59,298 nt of DNA from a candidate division Zixibacteria bacterium SM1_73 (GTDB lineage: Bacteria > Zixibacteria > MSB-5A5 > SM1-73), in assembly GCA_001304225.1 (NCBI GenBank), contig LJVD01000001.1:1-59298 (forward strand), given 5' to 3'. The position numbers and the translations under genes were made by a program. The notes below the pieces were generated by a model. The model did no database searches, had not been told where the DNA came from, and saw nothing but the letters and a program-made list of their open reading frames with translations. Below are positions 1 to 10,600 of this stretch, one piece after another (the first letter of the stretch is position 1; each line of letters opens with the position of its first letter).

Positions 1-739
1 TTTCATACAGAATAACTCCCAACGAATATATGTCAGAACGCTGATCAACCTCCTTCACTTCCACCTGCTCTGGTGACATATACTCCGGTGTCCCGATCAT
101 CACTCCTTCGCCTGTTATTCCTTTCGACTCAAGAGAGCGGGCTATTCCAAAATCCATGATGTGGGCATTCCCCTTTTTATCGATCATGATATTGCTTGAC
201 TTTAAATCACGATGAACAACGCCTAAATTATGGGCTTCGGCTAATCCTTCGCATATCTGCTTAGCTATAGATACAGCCTTAGGAATGTCTAATCTCCCCG
301 ATCTCCGGATAAAACTCTTTAAATCCTCTCCCGACACATACTCCATGGTGATGAAGTGCATACCCTCGACCTCGCCAAGATCATACATTCGACAGACATT
401 CCGATGAGCTATTTCACGGGCCAGTTTCAACTCATTTCTAAATCGCAGAATGGTTTTCTTATCAGCTGCGATATCGGGCTTAACGAGCTTTAAGGCCACC
501 TCTCCTTCGATCTTTTTATCGTAGACTCTATAAACATTACCCATCCCTCCCCTACCAAGCTCTTCGATGATTTCATATCTGCCAGCAATAGTAGTTCCCC
601 TGGTTAATTCTTCTTTGGGAGTTATGAGGGTTTTTGTGACGGATACTCCCTCAGAGGAGGGAAGCTGAGTCGCACACTTCTTGCAGAACTGAGAGTCTGA
701 GGTGTTCTCAGTTTGACAGTGGGGACATTTGATTATCAC
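1..739 (-). CDS. Ser/Thr protein kinase with N-terminal zinc ribbon (partial; 3' end lies beyond window start)
   Basis: Absent from the ORF track because it runs off the window edge. Reverse-strand reading from GTG at 739 gives VIIKCPHCQTENTSDSQFCKKC (zinc ribbon), YEIIEELGRGGMGNVYRV (G-loop), VALK, HRDLKSSNIM (catalytic loop), DFGIA and GTPEYMSPEQ. A purine-rich GGGAAAGGG lies just upstream of the GTG. Confidence 0.85.
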   Translation of the reverse strand, partial: MIIKCPHCQTENTSDSQFCKKCATQLPSSEGVSVTKTLITPKEELTRGTTIAGRYEIIEELGRGGMGNVYRVYDKKIEGEVALKLVKPDIAADKKTILRFRNELKLAREIAHRNVCRMYDLGEVEGMHFITMEYVSGEDLKSFIRRSGRLDIPKAVSIAKQICEGLAEAHNLGVVHRDLKSSNIMIDKKGNAHIMDFGIARSLESKGITGEGVMIGTPEYMSPEQVEVKEVDQRSDIYSLGVILYE

Positions 740-1002
740 GGCTAACCCTTTCCCTCGCTGACAAAAGAATATCAAATTCAGAGGAATGGAGTCAACCTTG
801 GAGGTAAAACCTAGCCAAATGGGATAAGTTGATGGTAATATGAGACACGTAATTTATGGCCTGAAAAATCAACTAATGAACTAAATCCCATTGACAACGT
901 ATATAATAAAGGATTTTTTCTATTCAATGGGCATGACACAAAAGAAAATCCATAATAAAAATGCATTACTGACAGGGACACAAAATTAAACATGGAGGGA
1001 AG

Positions 1003-2586
1003 ATGAAAAGAGAAAAGAAACGTCGGGAGATGACCCGCCGGGAGTTTCTCGGCCGGGGTGCCGCAGGTGTGACAGCTCTGGGGTTTTCACCCATACTTCT
1101 TAACACATTGTTAATGCATACGGGGTGTAAACCAGGGGCCAGGGCCGGAGATTTGATCGTTCCCGAGGATATTCTCAAGGAAGCCGTTGAACTTCTCATG
1201 GCCAAAGGTGCCGATTTCGGCGACGTGTTCGTGGAACGGGCAGCCTTTGACTCCGTCAGCAGCGACGACCGGAAGATCAACACCTCCACCCTCATCGAAA
1301 AAGGTGTCGGTGTTCGCGGTGTCAAGGATGGTAAGACCTATTATGCCTACACAGACAGCTTCGAACCCGAAGAGATTTACAAGACAGCCAGATTTGTGGC
1401 GGACGCCGCGGCTCAGGGCATGGCCAAGGAAACCGCAGTCGTCGTTAATCTCACAAGGCAAGCCTCCGAACTCTCCTTTCCTATCGTACCCCGTCCAGAT
1501 GAGGTGGCGACAGAAAAGAAGATCGAAATGATCAGCGGATTGACCGAACGGGCCTGGTCAGCAGATAAACGCGTGAACCAGGTGTCACAGTTTTTTCGAG
1601 AAATCATTCGTCAAGTCAACATCGCCACATCATCCGGGAAGCTCATCAACCAGACGCTGGGGCTTACGGAATTCTATGCCTCGACCTACATGAAGGATGA
1701 AACCGGAAACCTGCAAAGAGGCGGGGATGCGAGGGCTGCCTATGCCGGACAGGACTTTTTCAAAGGCGACAATTCTTTTGAATCAATCGTTGATAAGTCG
1801 GTCGAACGGGCAAAAAAGCTCCTCGAAGCCGTGGATTCTCCTCGCGGAGTCTTTCCTGTCGTCTTAGGCCCTGGTGATACGGGGACGATTTTTCACGAGT
1901 CGTGCGGCCACGGCATGGAAGCAGACCTGGTCTACAAAGGCTCCAATTTCAAAGACCAGATCGGCAAGCAGACCGCAGCCAAAGGAGTAACGCTGATAGA
2001 TGATGGGACCATCCCCCAATTGCCCGGCTCGTTTGCCTTCGATGATGAAGGCACAGCCTCTCAACGAACCGTGCTTATCAGAGATGGCATCCAGGAAAAC
2101 TACATGTGTGATTTGATCTGGGCGAAGAAACTCGGTCTGGAATCCACGGGAAGCGGAAGAAGGCAGTCATTCCGGTTTCCCCCGATTCCCAGGATGAGAA
2201 ACACCTTCATCGACAACGGGGATATGGCTCCAGAGGACATCATCGCTAACACCAAAAAAGGAATCTATGTTGCCGTGACCGGCGGCGGAGGAGAGGTCGA
2301 TGTCATCACGGGCAACTTCATGATGGGAGTCGGGGAAGGCTACTTGATTGAAAACGGGAAGATCAGCCGACCCATCAAAGGAGCCACCCTGTCGGGTATG
2401 GGCATTAAGGCTTTAAAGACCATCGATATGGTGGGCAATGATCTAGTCATAGCTCCCAGTGCCGGCCGATGCGGCAAGATGCAGAGCGCGCCCGTCGGAG
2501 TGGGCATGCCGACGATCCGTGTTCGCGGCATCCTTGTGGGCGGCCCGGGCGAAGCATGGGAAGATGAAGAAGGAGGCGCCAAATGA
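1003..2586 (+). CDS. tldD: TldD-family metalloprotease with twin-arginine (Tat) signal
   Basis: 527-aa ORF with GGAGGG ~5 nt upstream of the ATG. Carries the HESCGHGMEADL metal-binding motif and TldD-like N-terminal core (GADFGDVFVER...GVGVRGV). The N-terminus has TRREFLG followed by a hydrophobic stretch and HTGC. Confidence 0.85.
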   Translation: MKREKKRREMTRREFLGRGAAGVTALGFSPILLNTLLMHTGCKPGARAGDLIVPEDILKEAVELLMAKGADFGDVFVERAAFDSVSSDDRKINTSTLIEKGVGVRGVKDGKTYYAYTDSFEPEEIYKTARFVADAAAQGMAKETAVVVNLTRQASELSFPIVPRPDEVATEKKIEMISGLTERAWSADKRVNQVSQFFREIIRQVNIATSSGKLINQTLGLTEFYASTYMKDETGNLQRGGDARAAYAGQDFFKGDNSFESIVDKSVERAKKLLEAVDSPRGVFPVVLGPGDTGTIFHESCGHGMEADLVYKGSNFKDQIGKQTAAKGVTLIDDGTIPQLPGSFAFDDEGTASQRTVLIRDGIQENYMCDLIWAKKLGLESTGSGRRQSFRFPPIPRMRNTFIDNGDMAPEDIIANTKKGIYVAVTGGGGEVDVITGNFMMGVGEGYLIENGKISRPIKGATLSGMGIKALKTIDMVGNDLVIAPSAGRCGKMQSAPVGVGMPTIRVRGILVGGPGEAWEDEEGGAK

Positions 2587-3959
2587 AAGAGAAAAAGGAA
2601 TACATGGATTTTGCCCATTATGCTGTAAACCTCGCCAAGAAAGAAGGAGCTGATGCTGCCGAAGCCTATGTGACAGACAGCCAGACAGTGCAGATTAACG
2701 TGAGCCAGCGGGCCGTTGAGCAAGTCAATGCGACCAATGATGCGGGCATAGGCATCCGTATTCTCAAAGATCAGAAGATCATATTCGGGTCCAGCAACGA
2801 ACTGACGAAGAGCTCGATAAAGGACATGACATCAGACCTGATGCGCAAGGTCCCCTTCCACACAGCAGATGAATTCAACGTGATTCCTGGGAAGGAATTC
2901 GGTGTTCTCGAAGGCGATTGGTCAAGTTACACGGACCTTTTATCGTACGATCCCAAAATAACAGAGATTCCGATCGAGAAGAAAATCAAGAGAGCCATCA
3001 GCCTGGAAGCCGCCGGGTTGGATTTCAGCCCTAAGATTGGGGGTTCAATGTATGCCATTTATTTAGATCAAGCCCAAATGGTTTATCTGGCCAACTCACA
3101 GGGAATCTCAGGCTGGTATCCGACGAGTGGATGCGGAGGAGGTGTCGAATTTTCTGCTGTTGAAGGCGAAGACCGGCAATCCGGCCAGATTATCCAGATT
3201 GGCGTGAAGTATGATGATTTTGATCCAGCGGAGGCCGCTCGTAAAGCCGCTGATAAAGCGGTGAAAATGTTGGGGGCCAAGCCGATAAAATCCTGTGAGG
3301 TGCCCATGGTGATTGCTCCTGAAGTCGGAGTAAATATCTTCGAGTATATCGTAGGCATGCTGTCTGCGAATGAGGTGCAGAGAGGGAAATCTCTGTTTGC
3401 AGATAAGGTTGGGGAAAGAGTGGCCTCAGATGTGATCAGCCTGATTGATGACGGAAAGCTCAAAGGCGGACTGGATACCCAACCGGTTGACGGCGAAGGT
3501 GTGCCTCGGCAGACAACACCTTTGATCGTGGACGGAGTTTTAAAAACCTACCTGTACGATTGTTATGCGGCCAAAAGGGGGAAAACAAACACCACCGGCA
3601 ACCGTTCCCGGGGTGGCTACCAGAGCAGCGGCGGCATCGCGAGTACAAACCTGTATCTGAAGCCAGGAGAGGTGACGCCTGAGAAGATTCTGGCAGGAAT
3701 TCAGGATGGATTCTACCTCACAGCCGCCTTCGGATTGCACGGCGGGATAGACAGTACCTCAGGAGATTTTTCCATTCCTGTGGCTGGATTCAAGATCGAG
3801 AAAGGAAAGACGACTTTTCCGATTCGGGGAGTGAGCATCGGCGGCAATCTATTCGACTTCCTCAAATCTGTGGATAAGGTGGGTGATGACCTGACCTGGT
3901 TCCAGTCGACGGGATGTCCGACATTCTCGGTGAAAAGCATCAAGATCGGAGGAGTGTAA
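2583..3959 (+). CDS. pmbA: PmbA/TldE-family protein (TldD partner)
   Basis: 458-aa ORF whose ATG overlaps the tldD stop (ATGA at 2583-2586). PmbA-like N-terminus (AVNLAKKEGADAAEAYV) and C-terminal Gly-rich segment (GGIDSTSGDFS...GVSIGGN). No signal peptide visible. Confidence 0.8.
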   Translation: MKEKKEYMDFAHYAVNLAKKEGADAAEAYVTDSQTVQINVSQRAVEQVNATNDAGIGIRILKDQKIIFGSSNELTKSSIKDMTSDLMRKVPFHTADEFNVIPGKEFGVLEGDWSSYTDLLSYDPKITEIPIEKKIKRAISLEAAGLDFSPKIGGSMYAIYLDQAQMVYLANSQGISGWYPTSGCGGGVEFSAVEGEDRQSGQIIQIGVKYDDFDPAEAARKAADKAVKMLGAKPIKSCEVPMVIAPEVGVNIFEYIVGMLSANEVQRGKSLFADKVGERVASDVISLIDDGKLKGGLDTQPVDGEGVPRQTTPLIVDGVLKTYLYDCYAAKRGKTNTTGNRSRGGYQSSGGIASTNLYLKPGEVTPEKILAGIQDGFYLTAAFGLHGGIDSTSGDFSIPVAGFKIEKGKTTFPIRGVSIGGNLFDFLKSVDKVGDDLTWFQSTGCPTFSVKSIKIGGV

Positions 3960-4287
3960 TTATCAAAAGGGCTTATTAAAGGCTAGAATTCTCAGGTTTC
4001 AACCTCCACAGTAAGGTCAGAGCTGTATCCAAGAGAGAGGCAGAGAGAGTCGGCAAATATATGACCCGCCGCCCAAGGGAAATTCTTAAATTTCACGTTT
4101 ACGGAGGTCCCCATTATATTTGAAGACCGCGTCGGTGGTTTCTCTAAAATATTTAAAAAAAATATTTTTGCGGCTTTTTGTAAAGTTCCCTTTTTCAGAT
4201 TAAAGTCTTAATGCTTTTAGTATTCTGTTTCTTCTAAAATTTTAAGAGCCTTTCCTTTCTCAATCGGCCATGTTCTTGATTTGAACA

Positions 4288-6672
4288 TCACTTGCGCCAG
4301 AAATAAGTGACCTTGATCATCAATGTCCGATTGGTGATTTCATGAGGACCCGGTCCAACCAATCGGCTATCGTTGTAAACCAGATAGAGATTGCAGGCCG
4401 GTGAATAGATCCATCGTAGGAGAATGTCGCTGACAATTTTCTCCTTCCCTGCGTTAAAGTATTTGTCGTCATTCCATTGCACATAGGCTTTTAAATACAG
4501 CTCCGTGGAAAAAAAATAAAACACACGCAGTCCAAGCGTGTTGGTGTGAAAAGCCCCCTCTGGAAGATCAATATAATTATGATTGTAGTCAACCTCCATC
4601 CTCATCCATCGGATGCTGGTAATTGTACCGTTAAGACCAAACCTCATTTGCCGACCGGTATAATAACTCCCATAATCAATATCAATCTCACCGGCAATGG
4701 CCCGGCTCTTATCGCTTTCCCCATTGATAGAGTACATGTAGCCTGTGTAGGTTCCCTCAGGAACAAGGAAGCCTTCACGGACTTCCCAATCATAATCGAT
4801 AAACTCACTTTGACGCTGAAGATTGATGCTGAAACGCGAGCTGTTCTGGAAATTGATTGAAAATGATGCCCCAATCTCACTTTCTAGCATTCTGTTATCA
4901 TGGTCAGAACGATAGCTGCCCTCCAGTTGGAAACCAAACTGTCGGATAACGGCCGAGTCTTTAGGCCGGGGAGAGTATTCGATAGAGGCGCTGCTGAGAC
5001 GAAAGTCCGTACGACGGATAAACCCTATTTCCGGATTAAAACGGGCTCCAACATCCTGGTAAGATGCTGAGGCATTCCAGAGGTCGCTGTTGTATCCCAG
5101 GCTGAGTTTGCCAGCCAGGTTTAGCTTATTCATGTTAACCATCTCTCCGCTATCCGCTTTTTCAGGTCCGAAGGTAGCTGCGAGATAGCCTGAAAGAGTG
5201 AAGTGTTGAGTTAGAGGAACGTGACCATCGAGCCCCAGGGAACGGTTAAAGTCTGAGGAACGTAAATCTTCTTTGTTCAGAAACATCATCCCTATTGTAG
5301 CCCGCTGTAAAATATCGCGCCGCAGCCGCACCACAGTAAAGTTTGTCGCATTAATCTTAGTCTGCTCATCCTCTTCTCGAATGGTGACATCATCCGTCAG
5401 TATATTCAGCAAACCGACATGATATTTACCTATCTTGCCCACCATCTTGGCCCCACCGAGTATCCGTGCCTCATGACCATCGACAAGGCCAAGTCGTCTG
5501 CTGTAGAAAAGATTCAGATCGGTTTCTTCCCTTTGCCAACGGTTCCCTCCACTGCCGCCGAATGAGAAGAGCTCAGCACCCTCAAGAAAAAATTCTCGTT
5601 TTTCAGGATAATAAAGGGAGAAACGCGTCAGGTTGACCTGTTCCTGGTCTGCCTCCACCTGGGCAAAATCTGTGTTTAAGGTGAGGTCCAGAGCTAGATT
5701 TGCTGTAAGCGCCACTTTTGTATCCAACCCAATATCGCCCAGACGATCAGTTGTAAAATTCGTGTTCTGGTCGTTTTCCATACCTCCCAAAAAGTAAGGC
5801 CTCAGTTCCAGATTTCCCCCCATTTCTGCATCGGATATGCCCTGGATCGACCCAGCTCCGGAGAGACGGAATATCGCTGCTCCTCTTCCAAAATCACGCG
5901 GAATGAGCTGCCAGTAAACATGTTCATTCTTACGCCGAATCATCCGCGCGAAGTTGACACCCCACACAGCCGGGCTCTGCTCTGCGAATCGCAATGTCTT
6001 CCAAGGGATGGCGATTTCAACAAACCAGCCTTCATCTGTTATCTTTGCTCTGCACGACCAGACTCCATCCCAGGCAGGGTTGTAGTCTCGGCCCTCGTTG
6101 GCCAGTATCGCCTCGCGCTTGTTTCCATGGGGATTGGTTATAAAATAGTAGCCACTCCTGTGGTCGTGATAGGTATCCAGGACCAATTCAAAATAGTCAT
6201 CATCATCGACAATGGCATCGCGCCGCATTTCTCTGGCGATAATCTTGTCCGGCTCGGAATCGTAACACTTAATACCGATGTAAAGATTCTTTTCATCATA
6301 GAGAAGCCCTACCTCTGTTTTTTCGGTTGTTGGCGCCCCTTCTTCTGGCTCACGCTGGGTAAACTGCCCTTGAAACCGGGAGCTTTGCCAAGCTGGATCG
6401 TCCAATAATCCATCGATATCCAACGGCGTTTCTGCCCGAATAGCAGTGATCAACCGTTTGCCGTTCGCATCCCGGGGATTCTCGCCATTCTTTTCGGAAT
6501 TTTTAGAAGGTTCCTCACTCCAGCCTCTCCCCACCAGAATAATAAGGCATACGAATATTAGCGATTGGCTGAAGAAATTCCGATAAGATTTGTTTCGCCT
6601 CTGCATAATTGAGGGAAATGATACCATAGTGTCCCTTCTTTGGAAACGTGCCTGAACGAAAAATTGGATCAA
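4288..6672 (-). CDS. DUF5916 / carbohydrate-binding-family-9-like secreted or outer-membrane protein
   Basis: 794-aa ORF. After a signal-like MQRRNKSYRNFFSQSLIFVCLIILVG it reads IDGLLDDPAWQ...FTQREPEEG...NLYIGIKCYDSEPDKI...DDDDYFELVLDTYHD...AIPWKTLRF, typical of CBM9-like/DUF5916 proteins. The C-terminal part is beta-rich with aromatic-ended strands. The true start is probably internal (ATG at 6627 or 6606). Confidence 0.6.
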   Translation of the reverse strand: MIQFFVQARFQRRDTMVSFPSIMQRRNKSYRNFFSQSLIFVCLIILVGRGWSEEPSKNSEKNGENPRDANGKRLITAIRAETPLDIDGLLDDPAWQSSRFQGQFTQREPEEGAPTTEKTEVGLLYDEKNLYIGIKCYDSEPDKIIAREMRRDAIVDDDDYFELVLDTYHDHRSGYYFITNPHGNKREAILANEGRDYNPAWDGVWSCRAKITDEGWFVEIAIPWKTLRFAEQSPAVWGVNFARMIRRKNEHVYWQLIPRDFGRGAAIFRLSGAGSIQGISDAEMGGNLELRPYFLGGMENDQNTNFTTDRLGDIGLDTKVALTANLALDLTLNTDFAQVEADQEQVNLTRFSLYYPEKREFFLEGAELFSFGGSGGNRWQREETDLNLFYSRRLGLVDGHEARILGGAKMVGKIGKYHVGLLNILTDDVTIREEDEQTKINATNFTVVRLRRDILQRATIGMMFLNKEDLRSSDFNRSLGLDGHVPLTQHFTLSGYLAATFGPEKADSGEMVNMNKLNLAGKLSLGYNSDLWNASASYQDVGARFNPEIGFIRRTDFRLSSASIEYSPRPKDSAVIRQFGFQLEGSYRSDHDNRMLESEIGASFSINFQNSSRFSINLQRQSEFIDYDWEVREGFLVPEGTYTGYMYSINGESDKSRAIAGEIDIDYGSYYTGRQMRFGLNGTITSIRWMRMEVDYNHNYIDLPEGAFHTNTLGLRVFYFFSTELYLKAYVQWNDDKYFNAGKEKIVSDILLRWIYSPACNLYLVYNDSRLVGPGPHEITNRTLMIKVTYFWRK

Positions 6673-6816
6673 TTGTTCTATCCGTTTTTGAGCCTAATAC
6701 GAATATATTGACATTTGAAGGCTTCTCCGAAATGGGTGTGATTCCTCTCGTTTGACTTTCCAGAAGACTTGGCATAGCATCTGATCGAATAACAAGAAGG
6801 AAAAAGGGAGGCAGGA

Positions 6817-7401
6817 ATGAGAAAAAGGAAATTTTTATCAAAGCTTAGCATGATTGTCATCTCGGTTTTTTTTCTATTCAGTGTACCAGGAGGCCTGCAT
6901 TGTGAAGATGGTCTGGTAGTGAAAAATGCTGATGATTTCCAAACAACCGGAACGACCTTAGTTTATAGCTGGAGCTGGCTGAGACAGGCCGGGCATGTGG
7001 CTGAATGGACATGGATGCCCATCGACGTGGATCCAGCAGAGGCCTGCCTTAATTTTGAGCTTCTGGTCACGAACAAGAGCAACGGGGGGAGTGGATACAG
7101 CTGCAGGGTAAAAGTGATGATCAATGATCTCGAGGGCAATTTTGTGTTCTCCGGGACAGCCGTGCTTTCCAATCCCTTCCGCCCAAAATATCCTGATAAC
7201 ACAAAAGGAGTGGGTTACACAGCATATGGATCATTCTGTAGCTCCAAGCTCACAAGATTATTGAAGATGGGATTTAAAGCAAGGATTGAGTGGCCCCCAT
7301 CAGGCAGCCGTTATCACTTTGCTGTCGGCAAGGAAAAAGTGACCCTCGCCTATGTCACAGGCTCTTCAAGCTGGGCAGTAGTGCGGGAGAGACGGAAATA
7401 A
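6817..7401 (+). CDS. Hypothetical secreted protein (194 aa)
   Basis: GGGAGG Shine-Dalgarno upstream of the ATG. N-terminal signal peptide (KLSMIVISVFFLFSVPGGLHC). No motif recognised. Confidence 0.5.
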   Translation: MRKRKFLSKLSMIVISVFFLFSVPGGLHCEDGLVVKNADDFQTTGTTLVYSWSWLRQAGHVAEWTWMPIDVDPAEACLNFELLVTNKSNGGSGYSCRVKVMINDLEGNFVFSGTAVLSNPFRPKYPDNTKGVGYTAYGSFCSSKLTRLLKMGFKARIEWPPSGSRYHFAVGKEKVTLAYVTGSSSWAVVRERRK

Positions 7402-7459
7402 TAAATAAACCTTGCGCCATCTCATTTATCCTCCTTTTCCTAACAGAGCCAGCCATTCC

Positions 7460-7489
7460 TTGACATCTTTTTAAGTCGAGATTTATAAT
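7460..7489 (+). promoter_or_regulatory. Putative sigma70-type promoter for the 1290-aa gene
   Basis: TTGACA (7460-7465), 18-nt spacer, TATAAT (7484-7489), in the AT-rich flank ~130 nt upstream of the ATG at 7621. Confidence 0.35.
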
Positions 7490-7620
7490 TCCTCACGATG
7501 ATTGAGGAGCAGATGGAAACAAAAATGCTCACGCGGCCAGCGCAGCCGAAAGCCAAATTCTTATCCATCAGATCCCGATCATTCCATCCTTCATAAGCGC
7601 CCGCTCAAGGAAGGGGTGAG

Positions 7621-10600
7621 ATGGAGAGCAAACCTCGATTTCCCTCAGCCAACACGCGGCTTCAGGCCCTGTTCAAAGCTATCCTTTTTGTGGCCTGCAT
7701 CGCCGGTCTCTGCCTCGTCTGCCTTGGGGACCGCGGCGCCAACAGTCTCAAGGTCAGCGGTCCCAAAGTTACCGCCCACAGCCCTATTGCCCTGGTCAGT
7801 CCGGGTGCAGGGCAGGACTCACCTCCCGGTCATTCATTCCAGGCGTTCATCCACGTGGAGACAGAGGGCTACCTCCAGGCTCTGGCCGTCTGCGACACAG
7901 CCCTGGTTTTCGACGTTGAACTCCCAGACAGAAGCCACAAGGTCAAAGCCTACAGCCAGCCGGATGGACGCCTCCTGTGGGAAAAAGCCTACACCGAGGT
8001 CTATTCTCACCTGCCAGGTCCGGCGCTCTACATCCATGGAGACCGGCTGGGCTTGTACGCGTCCGAGACATCGCCCTCGTCCTCTACCATAGGCCTGCAC
8101 GTCCTGGACCTCAATACCGGAGCAAAGCTCCATTACACCCGGGAAAGCCCCTTGGCGGCCTACGGCCCCTACATCGTTTCCCAATCCGGGTCAAAGGGCA
8201 ATGTCTATGACATGAACCAGGGAACTTATCTCAAAGAATACACTCAGGCCGAACGTCTTCGGTTCAAGGCTATGATCGGCGACAAGGTCCTCTACCTCAG
8301 AAGCTGGAGCACGGCGCAAGAGTACTGGTCGCCCCTACTCCTCTCCCTGGCGGACGGAAGCGAGAGCTGGACGGACCGGCCATTCACAGCCGAGGAGCTG
8401 GCCTTCCTCCGTAACGAAACCCCCTCTTCCTCAAGCCTCGTCACTAACGGTTTCCCTGTTCTCTTCCAGCAACGACCGCGCTCTTCCCTGCCGCCAGCAA
8501 CCCCCCTTCGCTTCTTCTTGCTCACGGAAAACGGCCCCTGCCGTTTCTTCAGCCTTCAGGACTTCGGGCTGAGCGGAATTCACGCCGGCCGGGAGACTGG
8601 TGTCGTGGACTTCCAGCACGCTTGGAGCTCAGGGACGAACGCTGTCCTGGTGGCCGGCATCGCCTCTCCCCTTTCTGCCGTCATGAACTACAGGTCGCGG
8701 CTGGCTCTCGTCGTCTTCAACGCCCAAGGGAGCATCCTCCAGCGGACCGAAGTGCCTCTCAACGGAGAGTTCGTCCGCTACAGCGGCCTGGATAACAGGG
8801 GACGCCTCCTCCTGGTACTGAGCGACCAGCGCGTGCTGGCCTATGACCTCCCGGCCCTCGGGCTTCGCTTTGAGCGCGAATACGGAGGATTGAGCTTCGG
8901 CGGCCGCTCGATGGCCAGGATGATGGGCAGGGAGCTCTATGCCTGGGGATCCTACCCATCGCGGCCGTCGGGACACTGCGTCATTTCCCTGACCACGGAG
9001 GCCGGGGACCTTTCCGCCTTCTACCCTTTTGACCGGAGCCTGGGGAACCTTGCGGACTTCAAGAAGACCTATCTGGAAGCGTTCAACGCCTCTCATCTCT
9101 TCCTCTGTTTCATCAAGGACGTCAAGCCTGCCGGAAGAACCGAATACAGGAGCACCATCGTCCGCATCCCCCGGGCGAACAAAGGCTGGCTCGAGGCGAC
9201 CTTGAGCGCGCCTCCGCCGGTATACACCAGCAGCGCTGTGCCTGTGGCTTTTTCTCCGTCCTTCGCTCTGCTTTCGACGGACGGGGGCTCGATCGCGGAA
9301 GAGACGACATGGAACACACCACCTGAGCCGGGGATATATATCCTCACCCTGAGCGTGGGGGCTGTGACCAAGGAATTTCCCATCCAGGTCGAGGCCAAGC
9401 CGGTGAACAAAGCGCCCGTGGCGGATTTCATCCTCGTCGACCCGTCCGAGGAGGAGATGTGGAGGCTCGAGGCTCACTTCGACGGCTCGGCCTCGCACGA
9501 CCCCGACGGCCGCATCGTCAAGTACGAGTGGAGCTATTCCTGCGAGCCTCATTTCGGCATAACAGCTTTCGGAGGGAGTACTCCCCAAGCGAGCGCTCTC
9601 CTCCCCGGAGTCTGTGATTACTTTTCCGTATCCGTGACCCTCAAGGTCACCGACGACAAGGGGCTTGCGTCCTCGAAGACAAGGCGGATCTTCCCGCCCG
9701 TAGCGCAAACCGTGAAGAGAGAAACGGACAAAAAGGAGTTCACCGCGGCCATCCCTCCAGCTCTGGACCTCGCGGCCAGCGCGGGCTATGCGTCCTACAG
9801 GATCGAGGTCGAGACCGGGGACATGGAGGGGGCCGGCACGAACGCCAACGTCCTGCTCACCCTCTACGGGCCGAAGAGGGCGGACGGCATGCGCTGCCGG
9901 AGCGGCAGCGAATGGGACCTCCAAGGGCTGCCCGAAAATTTCATCGCTCAATTCGAAAAAGGGAAGACGGACACATTCCACAGGTCGGGTGTTGCGCTGG
10001 AGAATGTGGAGTATATAACCCTCCGCCACACCAATACGGGAGGCAGGCCGGGCTGGCACGTCAAGTCCCTCACGGTCAAGAACGAGACGACAGGCAAGGA
10101 ATGGCACTTCATCATCGACCAGTGGCTGGCCTTCAGCGAAGGGCCCGAGCACAGGACATGGTACAAATTCACTCCGTTGGAGGCGATCTACAGCTACGGC
10201 ATCCTCTTCGGAGGGCAGAGAAGGAGCATGGGCCTGCTGACCGCCAGCGATAACATCTTCATCCTGCCCAACAGCGTTTCGGAGTTCTATTTCACCATGC
10301 TCGACAAATCGAAGCCGCTCAAGATCTTCAGGAGCGATGTGCTGGTCGGGAGCCAGGAGAGCCGCGGGAAAGGCGTTCTCGAGCCCCCTTATATCAAGAC
10401 GGAAGACTGGGGGATCGCCTATTCGGCCTCGGATATCCAGTCACCCACCCGGTTCGAGGTGCGACAGGGTCCTGAAGGATCGGAGGTTGAGTCCGTGGTG
10501 TGGGTTTTCCCTTCGAATTGGACCGCGCGCCAGGACCTGGCCAGGAAGGCCGTCTTTTTCTATCCGCTGCAGGGCAGCGCGCAGGACGTCTTCGGCTACG

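Noticed and set aside
891-907. TTGACA followed by TATAAT upstream of tldD as a promoter
   Set aside because: The two hexamers are only 5 nt apart (TTGACA 891-896, TATAAT 902-907), which is incompatible with sigma70 spacing.
4020-4140. 39-codon reverse-strand ORF MGTSVNVKFKNFPWAAGHIFADSL... between pmbA and the DUF5916 gene
   Set aside because: It is too short, with no RBS and no recognisable family. It could be another gene fragment, but I cannot support that.
8629-10152. 507-aa antisense ORF (and others: 7502-8092, 10441-11280, 9093-9431) overlapping the 1290-aa gene
   Set aside because: Their translations are Arg/Gly/Pro/Ala-rich and low-complexity, with no motifs. Long stop-free antisense frames are expected in a ~60% G+C gene. 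The sense frame carries clear PKD and PLAT signatures.
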